Source of the DNA: Antedon mediterranea
Taxonomy: Eukaryota; Animalia; Echinodermata
NCBI RefSeq assembly: GCF_964355755.1
Contig: NC_092674.1
Coordinates: 6,572,001 to 6,636,000 of the forward strand
Direction: 5' to 3'
DNA: 64,000 nt
How positions within the stretch are numbered: the stretch's first letter is position 1; the number at the start of each line of letters is the position of its first letter. Shown here piece after piece: positions 22,851 through 35,699 of this stretch. The translations under genes were made by a program, and so were the position numbers. The notes beneath the pieces are model-generated. The model was not told the origin of the DNA. It saw only the letters and a program-made list of their open reading frames with translations, and searched no databases.

Positions 22851-24928
22851 ACACCATTATATTATAGAAAGTGAGAAGTTAGTGAAAATAACCTGTTAAA
22901 AACTAACAAGAACATTTACTTCATAACTTAATGTAAAGTTTAGAATACTTTTTCTTATTATGAAAAGAATGTAGCAAGTCACCGATCATAGAGCATATTA
23001 TATCAAGTTTTTATTTTATATAAATACTAATATTTTTATTTGTAAGCAGGTACATAGAACAGGCTATAATGGCAGCCTCTTCCACTTGATACAAAGTTAA
23101 CACCCACGTGACAAGTCAACCCTTTTTACATGTATACGATAGATTGTTAAATATTATTTTCAAATTTTATATACAAATTGATATCAATAAAAGAGTTATA
23201 CAAAATGATAAATTTTTAATGAATACACGTTTATTTTATTTTACATTAAAGTAGACAATATAAATAAACAAAAAAATGGCGGTAAACAAAATTGTAAATT
23301 TCACGAAACATTTTTAAAAACTGAAGTATATTACAGAAACAGTGATACTGTACATAAAATCTTTTTTAATGAAATTGTTGTTGAATCTTAAGAAAATATG
23401 GACCGGCATGATTGGCAGTGGTTAAACTCTCCCTTCCCATCTATACATTCTGGATCCAAGATCTCACTGAGATAATTCGTCTACGATTTTATTGTGCCTG
23501 TGAGCACTTGTAAAGGAGAATTTAGTCACTATAATCTTATATATTATATAAGAAATATAAAGAGAAGTATCGCAACAAAAACGGAAGTGGCGTGCCCATT
23601 ATTTCATAAGGTTCGAAGGTCAGGTTTAACGTAATAAAAAAGAATAAAACAGGTAGTCCTCATACTTACAAACACAAGATGATACGGAAGCATGATAAAT
23701 ATAAAACAATTATTCTGTTTGCATTGTTAAAAATATAGAAATAGTTGATAATAATATAATAATTTGTTCCAAAATTTGAACAAATTAGGAATGAACTCAT
23801 AACTGTACGTCTCTGAGAAACTAAACTATACGAACAAAGTGTTGACGTAAAAGAGCGTTAACGAAAATCAGGTACACATGCGTACAAACTAATACACGTG
23901 GTAGTAGCTTCCAAAAACAACCACCATTTTACCAGTAAAGCTTGGTTTCCACTTGGCGCAATGCAAGGACGTAAACACGATATAAGTAATTTGACCAATC
24001 ATGAGGCGATGGATAATCTAACTGTGGCGCATGATTGGTCAACTCACTTCCGTGGTACCTACGTCGTTGCGTTGCGTCCACGTTGGAACCAATCTTATCT
24101 CAACACGTGACTGTTCTTCACAAACTGTTGTCTGACCATTAACAGAGTAACAGATATCCTTATTGAGGAAATTAACACTTACGAAAAAATAAATAAATAA
24201 CTCTCTTTACTAAAAATGTAACAAAAATAAATAAAATGTAGATAAACAGTACAAAAAATATATCAGCATAATTATTATCTGATACGATAGCCTATTAAAA
24301 CAATGTACAACGATACTATACATGCCATGGAAATGGCGGTTAATTTACAGTATAAATTACACGTTTGCTACAACTACTATCAGCTTTAACTATTTACCCT
24401 TAGAATAAATAATGTAATTAGTTTTATCTTTATAATGAGGAATTTATATATTTAACGCGGCGGCAGGATAAATAATTCTGCAAAAACACTCTCAATAAAA
24501 ACGTACTCCGAGAGTTTCTTTGAAATAATATGTTTTCAACATCGCCGCTAAATCGTTCAGTAGTCATTTGACTATAGTTATTATTTTTTCTTCATAGTTC
24601 GTCAGTTTTTTTCTTTTGTACCAACTATTTTTCTTTAAAAATTGATATACAATTTCCGATTTGAGTCACTTGGTACGTTAGTCTCTTAGTAACAACAGAC
24701 GTCATTTTGCAAACGTTCGGCAAACGTTACTTTCGGAATGTTTCGGTTTTTTCCTTTTATTAAGTCTTCTATTGTGAGCAACTTTTTTCGCGTCCCCGAC
24801 ACACTTGGCGATCTTATTCTCAGCCGATGAATACGTTTAACTTTGTTAATACTAAAACAGTTCTCAGGCGAGGATTCTTCGGGCCAGCCGGGCGTATTAA
24901 CGTTACCGGTGTTTAGTCCTAGGTGAGC

Positions 24929-25019
24929 TCACCTCTCTTCGTGAACACATTTGCAAAGGTCGGCGTTATAATTTCCGTTGATGCACTGTGGAGGATTGCA
25001 CATCCCACTTTTTATGCAA
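24929..25019 (-). CDS. VEGF-like gene 2 exon 5 (terminal coding part)
   Basis: CIKSGMCNPPQCINGNYNADLCKCVHEER*, aligning with PPC...CCRC of copy 1. Confidence 0.82.
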
Positions 25020-28000
25020 CTAAACAAATAAAAATACAATTGAAATTAATAAATATTATAGACATGAAATGTAAGAGCATGTTTTAATATTTCCAGAACT
25101 TAAACTGGTCACATCAGACAGCATGCAGGCCTATGATGTTGGTTATTATTTTGATTAGAATCAAAATGAATTTAACTTATTTTAATCTGTCAAATATAAT
25201 AGATCTACATTCATAGTTACATTAACGTACCAAAAATAAGAACTTGTATAAAGTCAAAACGTATGTAATATTCTCGCAAGAGTGCACTTTTAAAATAAAC
25301 TATAAATCGAATGTCTATTGGTACTCACTTGCAATCTTCCGTTGAGATAGACTTTTTGCCTTTAGCATGATTTTTACATAACCTGTTGCTAACTAGGCAG
25401 TCACAAGTACACGTCTCCTCGTCTATCAAGAACAAATGCGGACAAGGCTTACATACGCATTTACAGGCGCTATCGCTCCACTGTTTGCCGGCCGGACAAG
25501 TCCTGTTGGTTTCGGGACAAAAGGCTGGCTTTTGCATGCATTCGCACGCTCCATCTTTTGCTACACTTGCTTCATATAGTACACCATTCTTTAAAAACTT
25601 AAAAAAAAAAAAGAAGAATCATAAGTGACGGGTCAAATAAGCTGAACGAAAGGGGTAATTTGCATAGAACTATTAATGTATCCCTGTATATTAGCTTCAA
25701 TTCGGATGATCCCCTAAGACAGACATAGACAATTGTCTAAGTTTAAGAGACGCGCTATTACTATTTTCTAATAAGCCTGCTGGCGTAGGTCTTGTTCGTG
25801 CACATGAATGCGCGACCAAGTACTTAACGTCTCCGCCGTCAGTGGTGTAACGGCTATGAGTGCTCACTGGCTAAACTTATGCGGGGCCAAAAGCTTATGG
25901 GGGCCTTGAGCAGTGCCCAGAGGAAAAACAGGCATTACAATATGTATGCCGAAAAGGCTAAACAACTTGGAGGGCCGCTTAGGTTTCCTAAACCAGGGGT
26001 CTCAGGCCTCACGTTACGCCACTGGTCCCCGTCTGAACAATGGCAGGTATGTAGAATAATAACCCGAGCCTACTCAGCTGAATTGAATTCATGTCAACCA
26101 GATGACGCTCATTCGTCAATAATCAACGACAATGTAAATTACGTCATCGAGTTATAACTTGTCACCCTCATAATCAATATAAAATATTAAACAATATTTA
26201 CCTGTCGTGTCACGTTCGATGTTCTTGAAGCCCGACATTCTTTTGATTCTTGACAGCACCCACTATTCCTACATCTGTCTACTACAATGCAACTTGGATA
26301 AATTTTGGTTCCGAAACCTTTAGCGATTCCTAATTCCTTATACGAATCCACTAAAACTTGACGAGGCTCTCTGCACTGCGCCTTTAACGCTTCTTTTGTT
26401 ACTTTTGATATCAACTTTTCTGAAAATAAAAATAACTTCTGTGAAGAATACAACTAAATGGGCCTACTGCAACGATTTAGAACAAGGCCAACAGCCATTA
26501 AGTCGCGTGCTACAATGCATAGTGATACCGGACCGACAGACCGACAGACAGACCAACCGACATAGTGAACTATAGAGTCGCGTACACGCGACTAATAACA
26601 GTGAATATAACTCCTACCCCTACGGGACACTTTCCCGTGAAGAAACGAGCGTGGGGGATTATATTAACACAGCGATTATATTAACACAGCGATTAACCCT
26701 TAAGCTCTGTCTACACTTTTAAATTAGTTTGACGAAAAAGTGTTATGTGCCCAAATATGGTAGTGATATGCCCAAATATAGTAGTGATATGCCCAAATAT
26801 AGTAGTGATATGACATCATTATGTCCATATATGGTTTTGTCACATAAAATTTGATAGTGTAGACAGCTTTATAATATTAGGTGAGACACACGTACCAAGA
26901 ACGTAAACTCAACGCAAGCGTGTTGACCAATGACAAGCGACAGTTCGAATAATCCATGCGTGTGATTGGTCAACTAAATTACGTTGCGTTACGTCCTTGT
27001 GTTGCGTCTATAGTGTCATAATCTTAACGAAATAATAATGAAACGCTATAAAATATGTATAGCGCCATCTATATATTAAAAAGTTATTTAAAAAAAAACA
27101 TTATCTTCCGAAGGGGAGGGGGGTTTATTTTTTAATAGAGTAATTTCTTATCGGTTGAATCATCTAGGTCACGCATAGCCAAAGGCGAAGCGGAACAACA
27201 ATTGTTTTGCATTTTTCCGTTTAGTAAAACCAATATTTAGCAAAAGAACTTAGATTAATGACACTAATTCATGCTAAACTACCAGGCTTATTCAAAGTCA
27301 TTGATCTCTGTCTGATAACTTGCTTTTGTTAAAAATTTCAAGTCGGTATTTCAATTATTTTACTTCAATTGAATCGTTGAAACCCTTCTAAGTCAATTCT
27401 ATCACACACTGACAGTAGATACAATGATATTATTGATAACATAGAAATTGCTCCCCGTTCTGGATTTTAGAGTTTCCCTTAATAGTAATTACCTATTTTC
27501 AAGGAAGATATTAAAAGTGATATAGTTACGTATATATCGCCGGTGATTGACAAGTTTACAAAATGATTGGCATTTTTTAAACGTAAGCTCGTGTCTGTCA
27601 CAGTATGTAATTCTATTTTTTGATAACATCTAAAGATTTTTTGTTGTATTTTCCACTCTCTGCTCTATGATTATGAAAACGATTCATTAATTTATTGCTT
27701 AAAATCTAAGCTTAGCTATTTTTGTTATTAAATGCATTCTTTATTATATACAGTACTGATAATCTTTTAAAATTACAAAGTAATCTCCATAAATTGTATA
27801 ACTTTGCTTCAGTAGGTTAATTTGTTTTTATATAGGCCTAATTCGAGTCAACTAAAATGTAATCGTATAATACAAAATAAAAATACAACGTTTATTCTTT
27901 ACTCCATGATAATATCTAAATAATTCCTCCATGGCCTCAAAGCCTATTCGTGTTGGCGACAACAAAGAAACACAAATTGGACGCGCGCGTGCTTTTCTAT

Positions 28001-28427
28001 CAATATTTAAACGCGCGTGTGCTTTTCTATCAGTATTTAAACGCGCGCGCGTATACCAGTATCTAAACGCGCACGTGCTTTTTCTATCAATATTTACACT
28101 CGCGCGTACCTTTTCTATCAGAATTTAAACGCGCGCGTAACTTTTCTATCAGTATATAAAACCCGTGCGTCAATTGTATACAAAAATCTAAAGTGCAATT
28201 TTGTCTATTCTATAAGTATAACACAAAAAGACTAGCATAAAATACTTACCAGTATGTTCAGTCCTCCCCGAGCGTGGGCTTAGCTGACTGTTACTACTAT
28301 GGGCAATATTTGATACTACTTGTTCCCGATCTTGGTTCGGGAAGAACTCTTTTAGATATTCACCTAATTGATCTGTTTTATTTTCTACAGCTTTTTTCAC
28401 ATCTAAAGATGGCATTGTTTCTTCTAT
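24929..28427 (-). CDS. PDGF/VEGF family growth factor with CXCXC repeats; gene copy 2 (tandem paralogue), 4 exons found, signal-peptide exon not located
   Basis: Exons 28427-28250, 26419-26202, 25597-25329 and 25019-24929 splice in frame with the same phases as copy 1. Motifs QCREPR, YPSCIVVDRCRNSGCC, EC, GACEC, WSDSACKCVC, DEETCTCDC. Confidence 0.9.
25329..25597 (-). CDS. VEGF-like gene 2 exon 4
   Basis: FLKNGVLYEASVAKDGACECMQKP...CKCVC...CTCDC; donor GTGAGT. Confidence 0.9.
25840..26024. mobile_element. hAT-like MITE in intron 3 of VEGF-like gene 2
   Basis: TIRs CAGTGGTGTAACG / CGTTACGCCACTG; flanking duplication imperfect. Confidence 0.6.
26202..26419 (-). CDS. VEGF-like gene 2 exon 3 (PDGF/VEGF domain)
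   Basis: CREPRQVLVDSY...YPSCIVVDRCRNSGCCQESKEC. Confidence 0.93.
26703..26868. mobile_element. MITE family A copy with three internal 21-bp units
   Basis: TTA flanks; (AATATRGTAGTGATATGCCCA)n core. Confidence 0.8.
27975..28170. repeat. ~30-bp tandem repeat (TTTTCTATCARTATTTAAACGCGCGCGTGC) x~6
   Basis: Directly visible units in intron 2 of VEGF-like gene 2. Confidence 0.85.
28250..28427 (-). CDS. VEGF-like gene 2 exon 2 (propeptide)
   Basis: IEETMPSLDV...EYLKEFFPNQDREQV...SPRSGRTEHT; TTGCAG acceptor, GTAAGT donor. Confidence 0.82.
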
Positions 28428-30934
28428 CTGCAAGAATAAAAAGAAAGAAAATATTATAAAGTAGATTGGGAAGAGAAAGAAACTCAACAACCCATCAATA
28501 GTCTACATTGTGAAAACAGGTATTTTTTAATATTGCCCCTTTTTCATTTTAAATATAAAATACTAATAGGCCTATAGGGCCTATATATCTGCTTTATACA
28601 TTTAACGACCGCTAAAATTAGTCTGTGTGTAAAACTCAAAGACGGGTATTTTATACCGATTTACGAAGCCGACAATGCCCGCTGGCAAAAAATACACTGT
28701 TTAAAGTTTAATCATCAAGGTAGCCGAAGAACTTAAAAAATGCTTTATTCGTTATTCAGCTTTCCTGTACTTTATCTGCATTTTCACTCGTTCGCAGTAT
28801 GGATATATTTAACAAGATAAACATATGCACAGGCCTACAATTGCAAGATATGATATATCTCATTTGGAAAAAGTACATTCCGGTCGAAACAGAGCATTAA
28901 TGTTGAACTCGACACAAATGTGTATTTGTTTTCAATGGAAACCAAACATGACATGCTGTCGTATAGTAGGCCTCTTTGACGTAATTAGTGTATTGATTAT
29001 CAATTTGATCGATTAATTTCATTATTCAATTTGTTGCTGGTATATATTTAGCCTAATCAATGTTTTCATTACACTACTACAGCGTGTCAATGATCGTGTT
29101 GGTCGCTATAGCCGCGCCTTTAAACAACACAATTGACAAATGAAAAACGTCGACTAATTTGGTATCCGATACCCGACAGCAGTTACTACGTGAATGACTT
29201 TCAAAATATTATGGTTTGGCACCATAATATATGTGACCGACTTTCATCATCTTTCGGTCGTCTGAACGGCATCAAACCTCCCTCTTTTCTTTTGTTTACA
29301 TTTTTGATTTATTGTTTCTGAGTGGAAGATGATATAAGATCGATATTGTGTGGGCGTGTTGCCATAGTTTGCTGAACCAAGTGTGAATTTATGAATTGGG
29401 TTGTAAAAAAGTTCCCATGACTGCGCGTGTTCTTCTCGATTAGACAAACACACTGCGAGTGTTACTTTGGGCGGGATTGGTGGCGGCGTATACATCTGAA
29501 GTGTGACGTCGTCGTCATCGACCAATTGCTTGATCCCCAAATTCTTTCCATCACACACACAACATTGATAGCACATGTCAATATATATATACACCGTGTG
29601 AATGGTTACTAGCAGACAGGAAATATCATTATTTTGAATTAGATGCTTAATTAAATGTTCTCAATGAGTGTTTACTCCAGCATAAAACAAATACAAAGCC
29701 AGCGTAAGTCTGTTAGCCGTCAATGGCAGACTAGCTGGGTTGCTTTCACTACACATTCCACGTTTGTATTGATTCGAATGATGACAACAGCAGAACTAAC
29801 ACACAAAGTTGGCAGGCTTACAAAACTTAGCACGGAAGCTGAAATAGTCAGGCAGGGCAATTTTGTTATATAATATCAATGAAGTTGAAAACACACATCA
29901 TTTTTTTTTAGGATGAAATTCATTCATTATAAGAAACTTAGATACTTTAAATAGTCTAAAGCTACATATATCTTCTTATAGAAAGATTAAATAATAAAAG
30001 AGTAAAAAACAAATAAATGAAGCTATGTTCACATTGAGATCGAACCGATCCGGTGATCGGATAAACTTTATCCATGGAGAAATAAGTTAACTTATTTCTC
30101 CATGCTTTATCCGACCACCGGACCATTAAACGAACATTTAAAATCTTTTCTGATTTGATCTTAAATCGACGCAGCCCGGATATTTCTCCTGCCAACGGAC
30201 ATAACCCGGCTTATTGTGAACGAGAAGAAGATAAAGTAATATGCCCTACTAATTCAGTACGCCTTTACTCAATCTACTCTTTTATATTATAGGCCTACGC
30301 AAATGTCCTATATTTTGTCAACAGTGCGTGCGCGACGTATTTGGCCAACTACCAATAAAAAGTAATGGAGTAGACCTAAAGTTATGTTAACATATCAGTA
30401 GTAAATACCACATTAATTTCCTACCACTATTTTTAGTCCATAGTACTGTAGTAGTAATGAAGGTATTCCATTCATAGATAGCTATTAACCCCACTCAGAC
30501 AAGCCGACGTATGTATGGCACGCAAAAAATGCAAAAACAGGTGGCGTACATTCACACGTCATATGACTTGCGTGTGATCTTCACGGGATATCAAACGTCA
30601 TTCATAACATAATATTATCAGCATCATACAATATGTTAATACTTATGTCTTTAATAATTGTGTTTGAGGATTTGTATGACGGAGGTATGGTGATCCATAA
30701 AGAAAAATACTAGACTCATTTGTGTGGAGCGCATGTGGAGGTTTAAGATAAAGGTACAGTTATAGTAGGCCTACATTTGGATACCTATGCTAATGTACTC
30801 ACTACACAGTACACATATACATTACTATTTATATGCATAGGATAGCCTATACAAAACAACCCTGCCCACTTATCTCAACTCAAAAATGTCTGACCTGCTT
30901 AATATTGCTTTGTAAGGCCTAACGCAATGATGCT

Positions 30935-31320
30935 TTTTAGTCGCGTGGAAGCGACTCTATAGTTCACTATGTCGGTCGGTCGGTCTGTCTGTCGGTCCGG
31001 TATCACTATGCGTTTTATCGCTTTCTGACCTTATCTTGATATCAGTTTAATCTAGCTAAGTCAATTTTTCACAGTTTATTCCTTATGGCCAGGAATCGAT
31101 CTGGTTATGTTTTCACGGTGCGCAATAAAAAATTACGCGGTCTACGCACGATTTAACGAAATCACGTTTGTAATCATATCTTCACAACCATGAATCACAA
31201 TTAAATAAAATTTGGTACTCATAAATTTCAGGGCATAAATCATCATATGGCAATACAATTACGTGCGTAGCGCATGTAATGCATGCGTACGCGCGCTTAA
31301 AATTTTCAAAATTTATTTTC
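30935..31320 (+). mobile_element. Helentron-associated (DINE/HINE-like) element; truncated inverse copy at 26502-26595
   Basis: Starts TTTTTAGTCGCGTGGAAGCGACT (short hairpin) followed by a (GTCG/GTCT)n microsatellite; reverse-complement match at 26502-26595. Confidence 0.55.
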
Positions 31321-34300
31321 GATAGTCTACGTCATTATTTACTTTATATGATTGTAAATAAAAAATAAATAAAAATGCAATTAAAACACCTTTAATTCTA
31401 TAGTCATAAAACTATTGTATTACTCAAACAATACCATATTATATTACACAATTATAGTACATTATTAATTAATAATTATTGAATGGTCATAGAAAAATCG
31501 TATCTAAAATCATGTAATATCGCATCTGTTGTAAAACGGAAATGTACTGTACTTTTAAATCCGGGAGCAAAAACATCTGGAAATCGTCTGCCACGCTTTG
31601 AAGATAATGTTTACAATGAATACAAACAGACGCACAAACGACGTGCTATAAAATGATTTACAATTAGGCCTAGCATTATCTGATACAAAAACATCCGTTT
31701 AAAAACTCGTTGTATTTGTGACAAAATGCAGTGAAGGTGTATGGAACGCCAGAAAGGAAATCGATATACAATGTGAAAGTGGTGGAAGAAGAAATTAAAA
31801 TCTCCAAGTGTGCTACTAAAATTGTACAAGTTTTATAGTCGTTTTTGCAACAACAAAAAAAATTCCCCCAGTAACATTTCCTGCACGATAATACTAGGAC
31901 TCAACGCAATGACGTAAGCGGCAACGCAAGCGAGTTGACCAATAATAAACGACAGTTTCGATAATCCATGGCTTGTGATTGGTCAAATTACTTGGATTGC
32001 GTTTACGTTCAATTGTCTTGCGTCCTAGTGGGAACTAAATTAGCGATAGTTGGCACTGTAAGAGGATTCGGACCAAGAACCTTGGAATTGGTAAACAAAT
32101 ATGTCAACCACAAAGTCAAAGTGCCACAACTTATCTACTGTTCATTTTGTACTGTATAATTATACGCGTTTTGCATGCGAAACTTGTTTTTTTTTTCCCA
32201 GCGTACTACTTAGGCCTAGGCCTATATAATACAGCACGAGCTGTTAAGTGCACTCGGACGACCATTGCTGCATTCCCAGGGGGACATCTTTTACAATGAG
32301 ACGAAGATTATGAATATTTAGAGTGGTATGACAGGATATGAGTGCATATGATATTGTCAGACATGACCATTAAAAAGCAATTGGATCGTGAGCTGCATTG
32401 CTACAGGTAAATCGTCTCTAATTTAAAGAAATTATATATAGTAACAACAGCAGAGAAAGTTTAATTGTATATAACCCTTCACGAGGAAGTCGACAGCGCA
32501 CACAATTTATCGGCCTGTAATTTTTTTGTTCGTAACTATTTTCATTTATTGAAAAATGTTTCATGAGGGCAGCCCATCCAGCAAAGCTGATCATTGGGGC
32601 CCTCAACAATACAACACAAACAGTACAATAATATATTGTATGTTTGAAAGATGTTTCATACCCACATTGTACTAAACATTGTACAACCAGGAACACTCAA
32701 ACAAAACCAACAAATATGTTAACAGCAGAACCAACGGACACGACACGTCTGGTTCTAGTACAAAATGACGAAGACACTGTAATTTGAACGTGATAACATG
32801 CTACCTCATTAACTACTTAAACAATTTCATCCGTTTTAAAAAGAGAAGTCATGTGTGTATTGAATTAATTCTTCTTATTCTGATTTATGAGTATAGCCTT
32901 CTGTTTCCATGATATACGAGAGATAACGGTGATTATCATATCAAAACGGAAATGGAGAATAGAGATAGGCCCTGTAGGTGGTACGTGTAGATGATGTTTC
33001 AATATTCTACACATGGAGAAATAAGTTCTCCATGGTCTACACTATCAACGTTTATGTGGCAACCAAAATGTGATGTTTCCATATATGGACACGATGACAT
33101 ATCACTACCATATTTGCGCACATCACACATTTTTTTGTCAAACTAGTTTGATATTGTAGACAGAGCTGTTTACACCAAGGCTTGATTCCGACTACAGTAT
33201 GCCTAACTTAAGACGCAGTGCAAAGACGTACGCGCTACGCAAGTTCACCAACCAATCAAAATCGACGGATCATTTGCGCCACAATGGGAACCAGCCTTTA
33301 AACTAGAATGTATTAATCGTAATTCCACTAATAAACCACTAATGTCTCGCCCTTGAATCAGTAACGACTGATACCATGTAAACTGTGAGCAGTAATAAAA
33401 ACATATTGCAATAATTAGATTCTTTCCTTGAATTAGGCTGAGATTGCGAATACATTTGTACAAGAAACCCGAATAGGACCCTAATACCAGTTAAGGAAAA
33501 CAACATTTCTAATTGATAATATTTTTTCAAGCACATTCATTCAACAAATAATATTAATTAATAGTTAATAATATAATAGTACGAATTTTGCGATTTGATT
33601 TCTTATACGTGTATAATCAAGGAAGAGTGAAATTACTCTATAATAAACCATGTGTTCATATTAGCAGTGCGTTTAAATGATATACCCAACTCAACAAAAA
33701 CATCGAATTGCATATCTTTGTGTGAACAACTATAGGACTACTTCATTTTATCTAAATTTCGCTTCCTTCTCAGTCATAATATAGATATAACAAACTAGAC
33801 TAAACATATTTGGCACAAATGGCGGTCCATAACTAAAACACATTTTAATTTACCAATGTCAAAACTGCACAGTGACATAATTCATAACACATGGCGTTTC
33901 ATATATAGCTTATCGTATCGTAGGCCTATTCCTAGGCCTATATTTTGACTCAAACTCTTCCTTCTCATTTTAATGGATATAATTATTAGCTATCAAACAT
34001 GTTTCCAAAAAGTTCCGAAAATGTCCACAGGCTACACGAATAATGTTACCAGCAGACAGACGATGACCTTGCTCTCCGCAGTTAGTGTTTTGGAAGCATA
34101 TCGTCTTGTCCTTCATTTCCGCACAACATTTGAAGAACGCATTAACACTAACCAACCACGGGCACTATACTGATAGATTTGCATGTTAATTATTGCGGAA
34201 CGGTCTATTTTATGGCTGACTATGGAATTACTCAACATTAACAACTAACATACCATTTTTATGTACTTTACTACGATTCACTTTCGTACGTGTAAAGAAC

Positions 34301-35699
34301 ACTGGCTACCCTACCGTACCACATAATGCTGGGGCTTAGTAAAATGAGCTCCTAACAGCTCATTCCCCTACGTTCAGGATTGAATATTGGATCTAACTTT
34401 ACCTTTAAAGTTCACTTGACTAAGGTTCGCATACAATCCACCCCCCCCCCCCCCACTCCGACCTCAGTTTTCCCCTACCACAAAAAAACTCAACCCTAAT
34501 TTGATTGATTACTAATGATAGAACATTATAATGATATGGACTTTGTTCTGAAATAAAAGTGAATTGAATTGAATTGAATTGAATGGTAAAAATCTTTTTT
34601 TGTATAGAATATCCCAAAATCGTTTATTTTGATCCAATGTTCGTATCAGCGTTACTGGATAATATACACTGTCCACGTCATGTTATTTATTTCAATTCCA
34701 AAAAAAGGTAAATGCATAAATCCTAAATGCCATGCTAGTATTATTACAGTATAAGACATGTTGAAATCGTCTGTATGTAGAACAACATAGGAGTCGTAAT
34801 AAAACATTATGTAGGGCATAAAACCAATATTAATATAGAACAAATCAATATCAAGTTATAACACGAAGCAATTATCTTTCTTGAGACATTATTTGAAGGT
34901 TATGATTCATAAAATGTTCATAGGCCAACTCATAACTCTTTCAGAGTTAACATCACATAATAGCATTTGTGTAAGGCGCTGCCTTGGATACTGAGGGTCC
35001 GAATCTGGGAAGTACCAGTGCAATAAGTGCATAAGGACTTGTTTACATACAAACTCTAAACAAAGTAGGGTCAAATTAAAAAATGTATTATATACACAAG
35101 ACATCTTAACCATGGAGTTACCCTTTAACAATATTAAACAATTAAATGGTTTTCACGTCAACTTTGACCAGTGACGTCATCAGATCGAATTAGTATATAT
35201 ATATATATATTGGATGAATTCGTCGTAATTAATTTTTAACACTAACGAAGTCTATACATTTATTTAACAAACAAAAAATCTTTTTAAATAATTCAACATC
35301 CTCAGAATCATGAATGATGTATTGATTTTAAAGCGTCTATGCATGGTCTATGTCAAGTCAAACTGCTAGTCGTTTATTTTTATGGCACGGATTGAAAGCC
35401 TCGATGAAATGTTTCGACAAGCCTGATCAGTTTTATTCAGAAGTCATGCTATATGTCATTTATAATGATTGTAAAGCAACGGGGAACATGCATGGACAGT
35501 CATGTGTATCCGAGGCAGCTAAGCGTGTATGCAGTGAAGACGGACTGTAGTGTTATACCTGTGCTGTATAATTCGTTAACAAATCTAATCGTTCAGGGAC
35601 GATGAGTGCAATAGACAAAAACGATATCAATATTATACAAATATTATTTATTTAAAAAAAACCTAACATCATTTTTTTTATTTATCGATCTTTTCAGTA

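Noticed and set aside
24500-24931. Selenocysteine decoding of the VEGF-like gene 2 TGA
   Set aside because: The only ATGA...GA candidate noticed downstream (~24565-24540) has too short a helix for a SECIS. A SECISearch run would be needed to exclude it fully.
29247-29594. 115-aa ORF on -
   Set aside because: No recognisable homology, signal peptide or fitting splice donor; better explained as regulatory or UTR sequence.
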